A stretch of DNA of 64,000 nucleotides. Origin: Bacteriovoracaceae bacterium. GTDB taxonomy: Bacteria; Bdellovibrionota; Bacteriovoracia; Bacteriovoracales; Bacteriovoracaceae. The position numbers and the translations under genes are program-made. The stretch covers positions 12,964 through 76,963 of the forward strand of contig JAEUWD010000026.1 of NCBI GenBank assembly GCA_016786485.1, in the 5' to 3' direction. Below the pieces are notes generated by a model. The model did no database searches. It saw nothing but the letters and a program-made list of their open reading frames with translations, and was not told the DNA's origin. Position 1 is the first letter of the stretch. The number at the start of each line of letters is the position of its first letter. This document shows, piece after piece, positions 1-8,269 of the stretch.

Positions 1-72
1 CTAAGCGGAATCTTCCATTCACCAACTTATTGTGGTCAGAGGGAAGGAAAAAATTTAAAGGCCAGAGGGACG

Positions 73-633
73 CTAATTTCGTGCTAAACGATCACAATAA
101 ATCGCAACAGCTGAACGTACAGACAAATGATTATACTCATCTTGAGCTGTTCCAAAAATTGGCTCCAGCTTAAAATCAGCCACATTCGTCAACGAGTCCG
201 ATAAACCCCAACCTGTACCAAATAGCAATAATATCGGTTTGTTGTCAAGCATTATACGTTGTTTGAGGGCCTTCTCATCCCCATCATATTTCTTAAAATT
301 AGCGCCGGTGACAACAACCAAAGGCTTAACCCCTTCCAACGCTTCAATTTGGGCCGCAGCTTCAGCCACTGTGTTAACCAATTTAATATATGACAGCGCC
401 GATTGGCGGTCGGGATTGTATTCATTGGCGGTATCCGTCTGCCAATGGCCTAGAATACGACCAACGAGGACCTGCTGCTCCGTAATTGGGGTTACAATAA
501 AGTAGTGCTTAAAGCCAAAGGTACGGGCAGAACGGGCGATATCGTGGATATCGAGGTTGGTGACTGAAGTGGTTACTTCCTCACCAAGCTTATTTTTAAC
601 CGGTGCATGCACCAAAGCTAGATAATAGTTCAA
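73..633 (-). CDS. SPOUT-type SAM-dependent RNA methyltransferase-like protein (Methyltrn_RNA_4-like)
   Basis: 186-aa ORF starting 1 nt after the trmD stop. Motifs 'TNLDIHDIARSARTFG', 'LLFGTGWGL' and 'YNHLSVRSAVAIYCDRL' match my memory of the PF09936-type family that often follows trmD. Assignment is from memory, not searched. Confidence 0.6.
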   Translation of the reverse strand: MNYYLALVHAPVKNKLGEEVTTSVTNLDIHDIARSARTFGFKHYFIVTPITEQQVLVGRILGHWQTDTANEYNPDRQSALSYIKLVNTVAEAAAQIEALEGVKPLVVVTGANFKKYDGDEKALKQRIMLDNKPILLLFGTGWGLSDSLTNVADFKLEPIFGTAQDEYNHLSVRSAVAIYCDRLARN

Positions 634-634
634 G

Positions 635-1375
635 TTATTCCCCTATTAGATCTGGCCGATAATTCTTTGTCATCTCGGCCTTAAGTCTGGTTTTATAAGC
701 TTCAATTTTTAAATGATGACCACTTAAAAGTTCTTCTGGTACGGTGATGCCATCAAACTCCCGCGGACGAGTATAAAGTGGATATTCCAGCGAAGAGTTT
801 TCAAATGATTCATCCACACTCGATAATTTATTTCCCAAAACGCCCGACACAAAACGCAGCGATGAATCCAGAATGGTCATGACGGCGATTTCACCACCGG
901 TTAAAATAAAATTTCCAATACTAATAAACTGATTTACGTAAGTTACAAGAAAACGCTCATCAATTCCTTCGTAGCGACCACAAATAAATACAATATCTTT
1001 TTTCGTTTCAAAATTTAAATAATCCGCCGCAAATTTCTTGGCTTCGTTATTCGTCCAAGTAGCTCCACGAGGGGCCGGGCACACCACATGTAAGTCTGAA
1101 AGGCTTTGGTAATTACCAGCTTTCACCACCCCATCCATTAACGCCAATTTCATCACATCCGCTCGCATCACCATTCCAGCACCGCCGCCAAACGGAGCAT
1201 CATCCACACCCTTAAAACTTTTCGGTGAAAAATTTTTCAGATCGACCATATTCACTTCAAATTCTTGTTCGCTGGTACTGCGTTCATTACGTAAAGTGGA
1301 ACCTACGATTCCTTGTGAGAGGAAACCTTGGAAGTAATCCGGGAATAAAGTGATAATCCAAATTTTCTTTTTCAA
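635..1375 (-). CDS. trmD: tRNA (guanine37-N1)-methyltransferase TrmD
   Basis: 246 aa with TrmD hallmarks 'ITLFPDYF', 'PFGGGAGMVM', 'ICGRYEGIDERF' and 'IGNFILTGGE'. TTG start overlaps the rimM stop (TTGA). Canonical rimM-trmD order. Confidence 0.95.
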   Translation of the reverse strand: MKKKIWIITLFPDYFQGFLSQGIVGSTLRNERSTSEQEFEVNMVDLKNFSPKSFKGVDDAPFGGGAGMVMRADVMKLALMDGVVKAGNYQSLSDLHVVCPAPRGATWTNNEAKKFAADYLNFETKKDIVFICGRYEGIDERFLVTYVNQFISIGNFILTGGEIAVMTILDSSLRFVSGVLGNKLSSVDESFENSSLEYPLYTRPREFDGITVPEELLSGHHLKIEAYKTRLKAEMTKNYRPDLIGE

Positions 1376-1899
1376 ATGTACTCCGGTAAATTCACAATCA
1401 CTTTTTTCTCGGCCACATTCACTTCTAAAAAGAATTCTTTGGTAAACGGAATATCTATTTCATCCGATGCGGTTTTAATCACAAAAATAACTTGCTCTGA
1501 AGCATTAGTATAAAAATCACGAATAGTTCCTATTAATTCGTTATTAACAAAAACTTGCGCTGATAATAAATCGTGCACGTAGTACACACCTTGCTTCGTC
1601 TTCGGCAATAATTCGCGGTCGACGTAAATCTCAAACGGCAACATCGCCTCAACTTCATTACGGTCTTCGATACCTTGAAAATAACAAATGGTTTTTGGGG
1701 AAAACTGTATGGATTTTATCTTAAGCGTGCGACCTTTTTGAGAAATTTGGCTGCGCTCATCCAGCGGTAATAAACTTACCGAGACATTTGGTTTCAGGCA
1801 GCTCTCGTTGGTATTGTATAAATGCAATAGGAAACCACCTTTTATCCCGTGTGGTTTATGGCATTCACCTAATTTGACTGCAGATTTTTCGTCTGACAT
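1372..1899 (-). CDS. rimM: 16S rRNA processing protein RimM
   Basis: 175 aa with N-terminal 'KPHGIKGGF' RimM motif and a PRC-barrel-like C-terminus. Sits between the KH gene and trmD. Confidence 0.9.
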   Translation of the reverse strand: MSDEKSAVKLGECHKPHGIKGGFLLHLYNTNESCLKPNVSVSLLPLDERSQISQKGRTLKIKSIQFSPKTICYFQGIEDRNEVEAMLPFEIYVDRELLPKTKQGVYYVHDLLSAQVFVNNELIGTIRDFYTNASEQVIFVIKTASDEIDIPFTKEFFLEVNVAEKKVIVNLPEYI

Positions 1900-1959
1900 T
1901 CCAACCTCAAAAAAATCCCCCTCGGATTCCTTTGAGATGATGAGATCATCTTTTACGAC

Positions 1960-2205
1960 TTACTCAATAATCTCTAGGACTGAGCGTTTTCTTAGCTTAG
2001 TTGAAGCAGCATTGAGAATTGTTCTTAACGCTCTCGCTGTTCGCCCTTGCTTACCAATCACTTTGCCTAAGTCGGTTTTGTCGACCTTAAGTTCAATAAC
2101 TGTCGTCTGCTCGCCCTCTACCTCATTAACATCCACTGCTTGTGGCATATCAACCAAGGCCTTACTTATAATAGTAATCAAATCTTTCAATTCACTCATT
2201 AGCAC
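1960..2205 (-). CDS. KH-domain RNA-binding protein (UPF0109/YlqC-like)
   Basis: 81 aa with KH GXXG loop '[18 protein letters not shown]'. Conserved position between rpsP and rimM. The track start is GTG at 2205; the ATG at 2199 is an equally plausible start. Confidence 0.85.
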   Translation of the reverse strand: MLMSELKDLITIISKALVDMPQAVDVNEVEGEQTTVIELKVDKTDLGKVIGKQGRTARALRTILNAASTKLRKRSVLEIIE

Positions 2206-2241
2206 CCACTTTTTTGAATGAATAATATTTTTGTTACATCA

Positions 2242-2493
2242 TTACGCTAAGGTAATGTTGTTTCTCTTAAACAGTGTACGAACTGTATCAGAGAGTTGGG
2301 CGCCGCTTTTTAACCACTTTTGAACTGACTCAACATTAACATCAACAAGTTCCTTCCCTTCTTTTGCTTTAGGGAGGTACTGACCTAACTTCTCTAGAAA
2401 TTTGCCATCGCGTGGGCGGCGTGAATCCGCTGCTACCAATGTATAAACTGGTAAATTTCTTCTTCCAACACGAGACATTCTAATAACTACCAT
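2242..2493 (-). CDS. rpsP: 30S ribosomal protein S16
   Basis: 83 aa; 'MVVIRMSRVGRRNLPVYTLVAADSRRPRDGKF' is a typical bS16 N-terminus. SD CAGGAG lies upstream. Confidence 0.95.
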   Translation of the reverse strand: MVVIRMSRVGRRNLPVYTLVAADSRRPRDGKFLEKLGQYLPKAKEGKELVDVNVESVQKWLKSGAQLSDTVRTLFKRNNITLA

Positions 2494-2535
2494 CTGAAAA
2501 CTCCTGTATTATGACGTATCATATAAAACCCTTAA

Positions 2536-2564
2536 GATTTACGTTAGTGCTTTTCGAAAGTCAA
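2536..2564 (-). promoter_or_regulatory. Putative sigma70-type promoter of the rpsP operon
   Basis: On the minus strand: TTGACT (2564-2559), 17-nt spacer, TAAATC (2541-2536), about 45 nt upstream of the rpsP ATG. The -10 is only moderate. Confidence 0.35.
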
Positions 2565-2589
2565 TAAATCGTTAAAATCGTGAATAAAA

Positions 2590-4032
2590 TTAACGGTTAA
2601 AAAAGCCTCCGCCACCCCAAGGACCTTTCGATTTACCCTTCTTTTTCATTTTTTCAAAGGGATTACCACCCGCCTGCTGACGAAAACCCTTCTGGGCCCC
2701 ACCCATACCAGGCAAGCCCCCGCCTTTCATCATTCCCATCATCCCGCTCATCATCTGCTGCATTTGCTCGAATTTTTGAATAAATTGAGCGATATCCTGA
2801 ACCGGACGCCCTGAACCACGCGAAATTCGCATCCGGCGAGACTCATTTAAGAGTTTATGGTTTTCCCGCTCTTGCTCAGTCATGGAATCGATAATCACGT
2901 TCATTTTCTTCATTTCTTCTTGGGCCGGTGATAAATCCCCTACCTGACGAAGAACTCCACCCATACCTGGAATCATTTTTAAGACTGATTCCATCGAACC
3001 AAGCGAGGCCATCATGCCCATTTGTTTGCGAAAATCATTGATGGTGAAGCGATTTTTCTCCATCTTCTTCATCATCGCTTCCGCTTCTTTTTCATCGATC
3101 ACTTCCTGAGCTTTTTCGACTAAAGAAACCACGTCACCCATATCGAGCATTCGTCCTGCTAGACGTTCAGGATGGAACGGATCAAGATCTTTTAATTTTT
3201 CACCGTTAGAAATAAATTTAATCGGCACACCCGTCATATAACGAATCGAAAGGGCCGCACCACCGCGCGCATCCGAATCCATTTTCGATAAAACGGCACC
3301 GGTTAAAGTCATTTTGTTATGAAACTCGAGTGCCACGTTAACCGCTTCTTGCCCGGTCATCGCGTCAGCGACTAGCAATGTTTCAGGTTCATAAGCTTTT
3401 AAAGCTTTTTTTACATCGGCCAATTGATTCATTAACTCGGCATCAACTTGCAGGCGACCAGCGGTATCGATGATAACCACTTTCTTGCCTAACTTTTTAG
3501 CTTCGGCCATCCCGGCCTGAACAATTTGGAGTGAGGTTTGTTTTAAATCTGAATCAAAATATTCCACACCAATATTGCGCGCGTGAATTAATAATTGCTC
3601 CTTCGCTGCCGGACGGAAATTATCAGCAGGAATTAAATAAACATCTTTCTTTTCTTTATTACGCAGGTGAAGAGCAAGTTTCCCAACAAAAGTCGTTTTA
3701 CCAGCGCCATTAAGACCTACGACTAAAACTACCGCTGGATCGCCATTCAGACTTAGATTCTGATTTTTATCACCCATCAGTGCTGTCAATTCGTCTTGGA
3801 CAATCTTGATAAATTGCTGATCTGGATTTACACCGGAAATAACTTTTTCACCGAGAGCTTTAGTTTTGATGTTATTGATAAAATCTTTAGCGACTTTGAA
3901 ATGAACGTCAGCTTCTAAAAGCGCCGTACGAACTTGCTTGAGTGCTTCTTCAATATTTTCTTCAGTAATGCGACCTTTGCCACGCAGAGCTTTAAAGGCG
4001 CCTTGGAATTTTTCACTTAAAGTATCAAACAT
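2590..4032 (-). CDS. ffh: Signal recognition particle protein Ffh
   Basis: 480 aa. NG-domain GTPase motifs 'GLNGAGKTT', 'DTAGRL' and 'SKMDSDARGG'. Met-rich M domain and Gly-rich basic tail. Confidence 0.97.
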   Translation of the reverse strand: MFDTLSEKFQGAFKALRGKGRITEENIEEALKQVRTALLEADVHFKVAKDFINNIKTKALGEKVISGVNPDQQFIKIVQDELTALMGDKNQNLSLNGDPAVVLVVGLNGAGKTTFVGKLALHLRNKEKKDVYLIPADNFRPAAKEQLLIHARNIGVEYFDSDLKQTSLQIVQAGMAEAKKLGKKVVIIDTAGRLQVDAELMNQLADVKKALKAYEPETLLVADAMTGQEAVNVALEFHNKMTLTGAVLSKMDSDARGGAALSIRYMTGVPIKFISNGEKLKDLDPFHPERLAGRMLDMGDVVSLVEKAQEVIDEKEAEAMMKKMEKNRFTINDFRKQMGMMASLGSMESVLKMIPGMGGVLRQVGDLSPAQEEMKKMNVIIDSMTEQERENHKLLNESRRMRISRGSGRPVQDIAQFIQKFEQMQQMMSGMMGMMKGGGLPGMGGAQKGFRQQAGGNPFEKMKKKGKSKGPWGGGGFFNR

Positions 4033-4084
4033 ATGCTTATCCTATTCTAAAGATGGGAAAGCATAACAAGAAGATAAGCGTCTG

Positions 4085-5458
4085 TCATGACTTGGAATAC
4101 TGTGATTTCCATTTTTTTAAAAGTGAAAGTATTCGAGATATGTCTGACTTATTAGGACTTACTTTTTCGTAAGCTTGCACAAACGAAATAATATCGTAAC
4201 TTTTACCATTAAATTTATAAATTTTTGATTCATAATCGAGGACTTCAGCTAACGGTTCATAAAGTTTGAATATTTCAAAAGGAACGACTCTAATCACCGC
4301 GCCAAGACACTGTGAGTCTTTTGGGCAGTTAAGTCTGGCATCAAAACGTGGATGATTAATAACGTCTTTTATTAAATATTTCTGTTCTTTAGAATTAAAA
4401 CTTTGATTAATTTCTAAATACAACGAAAACATATTTATATAGGTTGATGTCTCGTCCATTGCAGCTTTATTAACATCAATATCCGTATGTGCGATGAGCT
4501 GCTTAAACATATAATCATCTTTCTCATACTTCATGTTATAAATAGCGAAATAGGCAGCAAACATGAGCGGAGTCTCTTTACGGGGAGTATTGTTTAGATT
4601 GACATCAATTTCGGGGTCATTGATTAATTTTTTGAAGGCATAAGCATTATCATATGAAATGGCCAAATGTAGTAATCCATCGCCATCTGCAGGTGTTAAT
4701 TTTTGTTCAAAATATTTTTGATAATTCTTGGTGTTCAAACCATTTTTATCAAAACTTTTTTCGTATAAGTAATCAAATTTCTTATTATCTTTATTAATAA
4801 CTGCTGTATGCACAGGAAAACTTTCGTCAGAATCAAGTGCGATATTGCCTCGCTCAAAAAAATATTCAAGCACATCCATATCAACCAAGTAGTGACCCGC
4901 AATAATTTCAGCTAAAGTTACGCGCTCTTTTGGTCGCGTATCAGATAGTTCTGGGTATAAAATCTTGTTCAGATCGTAATATGGCATATTTTCTACCCAG
5001 TTTTTTATATCCTTTAATGTTCCAAACATCACAAGCGGGTAGAAAAAACCACGATAAATAATAGGATGATCTAAGGATTGGATAACAAAATTTTTACAGT
5101 TGTATGTCGTTGTCTCAGGATCTTCTTTGGCGCATTTTTCTTTCGCCATCTGGTAGGATGAAAATAAACCAGGGAAATATGGTGCGACTCGTACCTGCAT
5201 GACTTGTTTTAATTCTCTTTTAATAATTTCAGCGCGACCTTCCGCTTTTAATTGCTTCCAATCATAACGGGCGTTCTCTGTGACAAGTTCCGCAAAACGA
5301 TATTGAAGGCAAATTTGCGAACTACTTAACTTTAAAAATGGATCTACTGTCTCAGTCGAAAGTGCCACTTGGCATGGATTCATTTTGACGTTATTTTGTT
5401 GGGCATATATTTTAATGGAAGAAAGGGCCCCTAAAATCAATAAAACTCTAATCATCAT
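4085..5458 (-). CDS. Secreted hypothetical protein with ankyrin-like repeats
   Basis: 457 aa with signal peptide 'MMIRVLLILGALSSIKIYAQ'. Two to three ANK-like units, e.g. 'DGDGLLHLAISYDNAYAFKKLINDPEIDVNLNN' and 'KETPLMFAAYF...KQLIAHTDIDVNKAA'. No other domain recognised. Confidence 0.6.
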   Translation of the reverse strand: MMIRVLLILGALSSIKIYAQQNNVKMNPCQVALSTETVDPFLKLSSSQICLQYRFAELVTENARYDWKQLKAEGRAEIIKRELKQVMQVRVAPYFPGLFSSYQMAKEKCAKEDPETTTYNCKNFVIQSLDHPIIYRGFFYPLVMFGTLKDIKNWVENMPYYDLNKILYPELSDTRPKERVTLAEIIAGHYLVDMDVLEYFFERGNIALDSDESFPVHTAVINKDNKKFDYLYEKSFDKNGLNTKNYQKYFEQKLTPADGDGLLHLAISYDNAYAFKKLINDPEIDVNLNNTPRKETPLMFAAYFAIYNMKYEKDDYMFKQLIAHTDIDVNKAAMDETSTYINMFSLYLEINQSFNSKEQKYLIKDVINHPRFDARLNCPKDSQCLGAVIRVVPFEIFKLYEPLAEVLDYESKIYKFNGKSYDIISFVQAYEKVSPNKSDISRILSLLKKWKSQYSKS

Positions 5459-5615
5459 TTTTATTCCTTTTCCAACTTATGAGTGCCCAATATACCTTCC
5501 ATAGAAATCTATGCAATAAAGATAGGCCGTAACTGTATATTTTACACGCCGCACAAACTGTATTCGCAATATTTACGGCTTAAGGTTATTAGGTTTAAAA
5601 CAGAAAGAGGTGCCC

Positions 5616-7223
5616 ATGTTTGGTATAATCTTGTTGATACAATCTTTTCTTGTGACTGAGTCACTGGCCATTTTTGGAGTGTATATTCCAGAAGAAGAGC
5701 ATATTCCTCAAACCTGCAAACTTAGTTTTGTGAATCTGCGAGAGTTAAGAGTTCCACTAAAACTTGAAGTCGTGGAAGAAGAAATAGTCGATAAAAGAAC
5801 TGGTAAGAAGAGAAAAGTTCAAAAAAAAGTACTGGTTGAAGACAAGGAAAAGGAAGCGGTGGAAACAGTCGAAGCTGACGCCTTTTATTGTTCTTCGACA
5901 CTTATAGCAAGTGACGCCGTTGCGACCTCGGCCCACTGTACACAAAAAATTATACAGCGAAAGCCAATGATAGAAGCTGTGCCTGTCGTAAAACAAACTT
6001 GTGATGAGAACGGTCAAAATTGTCTGCCCATTCCTGGTTGTAACCGACCGGACTGGAGTTATATAAAATCATGTATTGAAAAAGTTGAACGCTTTGGAGT
6101 TTTAACAAGTATCGATAAAGTTAAAGTTTCATGTCCAGCGACTGATGGAATGGAAGAAAGATTTGTTGAATGGAATAATGCTTGGCCTCACCCAGACTAT
6201 CAATCAGATAAACATAATAGTTACACAGCTTTTGATGTTGCCGTTTTTCGTGTTGATGAAGCATTTGAGAAAGTAAAACCCATTAAATTTGCAGATGATT
6301 TATTTTATCTCTACTACCTTTTAGAAAATCCAGAGCTCATGAAAACATGCCGTATCCTCGGCTATGGAAGGGATAATGATAATCAAAGCGGTATCTTACA
6401 CGGTATTTATTTAAATCGTATCGCAATCGAAAGACATATGTTGGGTTTTGAAAATTCTTATAGTAATGCCGCACCAGGGGATTCTGGTGGAACATTAGTT
6501 TGTAAAAATGCAAAAGGTGAAGATGTTTTAATTGGTATCACTTCTTTAGCAAATCGATTCGACCCTTATGAACTTTCTTTTGAGCCACGAACAAATGTTT
6601 TTGTGAATACAACATTTCCTATCGTAAATCGCTATATGCACTATGTGGTAAATCTGCCTAAAAAGGCACGACATAACAATACAATTGTTGATAAGTATGT
6701 TTCAGAATATTTACTCAATTATGAACTGCCAGGTGTTAGAAACGAACTCCAAGCTTGTATTGATATGCACTCTCCCTACTATAACCGTGAAAAAAGAAAA
6801 AATTATTTTCGTGGTTATAAAGAGCTCTTAAAACAAGTCGACATCGTCTATGCTGATATTAAAAGTGAGTATGATCAGTGGAGCGCAGGTAATAAGATTA
6901 TTCATTCGCATGTTTCAATAAAACCTAGTTCCAAAGCGGGCGCTTACCTTGATAAAGATGTTATCTACTCGGTTAGTTTAGGCGAGCCAATGTCCTTTGA
7001 ACGTAATAATTATGGTTTGGATATCTTAAGAACAAGAATGGGTTTTATTTTTCCTCTACTTAGAGCAGAATCACATGGATGTCATGCAAGGAGCTTAGGC
7101 AACGACGGGAAAGGTCATTTTATCATGGATAATACTCATGATATCTTCAAGAAAGTGAAGGCAAAGAAAATACAAGAATATAAAGATGCAGAAAATGAAG
7201 TTCTCAAAAAATCTTCAAGATAA
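5616..7223 (+). CDS. Secreted trypsin-like (S1 family) serine protease with long C-terminal extension
   Basis: Catalytic-triad motifs are His 'ATSAHC', Asp 'FDVAVFRV' and Ser 'GDSGGTLVC'. N-terminal signal peptide present. ATG at 5616 follows SD AAGAGG (5605-5610) by 5 nt, so I prefer it to the GTG at 5610. About 200 aa after the protease fold have no recognisable domain. Confidence 0.85.
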   Translation: MFGIILLIQSFLVTESLAIFGVYIPEEEHIPQTCKLSFVNLRELRVPLKLEVVEEEIVDKRTGKKRKVQKKVLVEDKEKEAVETVEADAFYCSSTLIASDAVATSAHCTQKIIQRKPMIEAVPVVKQTCDENGQNCLPIPGCNRPDWSYIKSCIEKVERFGVLTSIDKVKVSCPATDGMEERFVEWNNAWPHPDYQSDKHNSYTAFDVAVFRVDEAFEKVKPIKFADDLFYLYYLLENPELMKTCRILGYGRDNDNQSGILHGIYLNRIAIERHMLGFENSYSNAAPGDSGGTLVCKNAKGEDVLIGITSLANRFDPYELSFEPRTNVFVNTTFPIVNRYMHYVVNLPKKARHNNTIVDKYVSEYLLNYELPGVRNELQACIDMHSPYYNREKRKNYFRGYKELLKQVDIVYADIKSEYDQWSAGNKIIHSHVSIKPSSKAGAYLDKDVIYSVSLGEPMSFERNNYGLDILRTRMGFIFPLLRAESHGCHARSLGNDGKGHFIMDNTHDIFKKVKAKKIQEYKDAENEVLKKSSR

Positions 7224-8265
7224 AATAGATATTCTAAAAAATCGACAGACTCCAATCAAATTGGGGTCTGTTGCTTTTTCATCTCCACTCCTACTCGCTC
7301 CCATGGCCAGTATTTGTAATTGGCCTTTTCGTTTGTTGATGGAAGACTTAGGCGCAGGTGGAACCGTCAGTGAGCTAATCTCGTGTCACGGGATTAATTA
7401 TGACAATAAAAAAACCCATGAAATGTTACGAGTTGATCCGCGTGAAAAAAATGTGGGGATTCAGTTATTTGGTGAAGATCCTAAGGCGATGGCCTTGGCC
7501 GCGAAAATTGCTGAAGGCCATGGACCGAAGTTCATCGATATCAATATGGGCTGTCCAGTAAAGAAAGTCGTCACCAAAGGTGGTGGCTCAGCATTGCTTA
7601 AAAATCCGCAAGGCCTAAGCGAGTTCTTGACCACCATAAAAGAGGCCATAAGCATTCCATTAACCATTAAAATTCGTACCGGCTGGGATCAAGACCAAGT
7701 TAATGCGGATGAAATTATTAAAGTCGCGCATGATTCAGGGGTCGAGTTTGTGGCGATTCATGGTCGCACACGAGCGCAACAATATACTGGTCAGGCCAAC
7801 TGGAATTACATCGAAGAATTGGCCGCCAATTGCCCTTTACCACTGATTGGTAATGGAGACCTACACCAAGCCCACCAGGTGAAAGAGCGCCTGTCTAAAA
7901 CCCTTTGCCAAGCTCTCATGCTGGCACGTGGACCGCTACGTAATCCTTTTATTTTTTTAGAAGCAGCTGATGTTGATAATCACTTTAATTTTACGGCATC
8001 TGATTATTGGGAAATTACCCAAAGATTATATCAATACATTTGTGAAGGCTTTCAAGATGAACGTCACCGCTTAGTGCAAATTCGCAAACTGATTGTGTGG
8101 TTTACCGGAGGTTTTCCTCACGCGACTCAATTTCGCGGTCATGCCTTTACCTCACAAAACCTGGATGAAGTTATGCGCCTGACAGAAGATTATTTCTTAT
8201 CGCTGAATCAAATCAGTAAACGTATTAATCACGACGAAGCCTTCATGACTTCGGGTCACGGTTAA
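7186..8265 (+). CDS. dusB: tRNA-dihydrouridine synthase (DusB/NifR3-like)
   Basis: 359 aa with 'LLAPMASI', 'IDINMGCPVKKV', 'TIKIRTGW' and 'AIHGRTRAQQYTG', typical of the Dus TIM barrel. The start overlaps the upstream protease gene; an alternative ATG is at 7195. Confidence 0.85.
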   Translation: MQKMKFSKNLQDKIDILKNRQTPIKLGSVAFSSPLLLAPMASICNWPFRLLMEDLGAGGTVSELISCHGINYDNKKTHEMLRVDPREKNVGIQLFGEDPKAMALAAKIAEGHGPKFIDINMGCPVKKVVTKGGGSALLKNPQGLSEFLTTIKEAISIPLTIKIRTGWDQDQVNADEIIKVAHDSGVEFVAIHGRTRAQQYTGQANWNYIEELAANCPLPLIGNGDLHQAHQVKERLSKTLCQALMLARGPLRNPFIFLEAADVDNHFNFTASDYWEITQRLYQYICEGFQDERHRLVQIRKLIVWFTGGFPHATQFRGHAFTSQNLDEVMRLTEDYFLSLNQISKRINHDEAFMTSGHG

Positions 8266-8269
8266 TTTT

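Noticed and set aside
1-72. Looked for the start of rplS (expected after trmD) or another gene at the left edge.
   Set aside because: The only ATG (minus strand) opens a 5-codon ORF ending in TAG. The frame that stays open to the edge gives 'VNGRFRL', which does not resemble L19. I leave it unannotated.
1925-1939. Weak hairpin (AATCC-N5-GGATT) with a T run on the minus strand, between the KH gene and rimM.
   Set aside because: The stem is only 5 bp with two GC pairs, and it lies inside a conserved ribosomal operon. It is not strong enough to call a terminator or attenuator.
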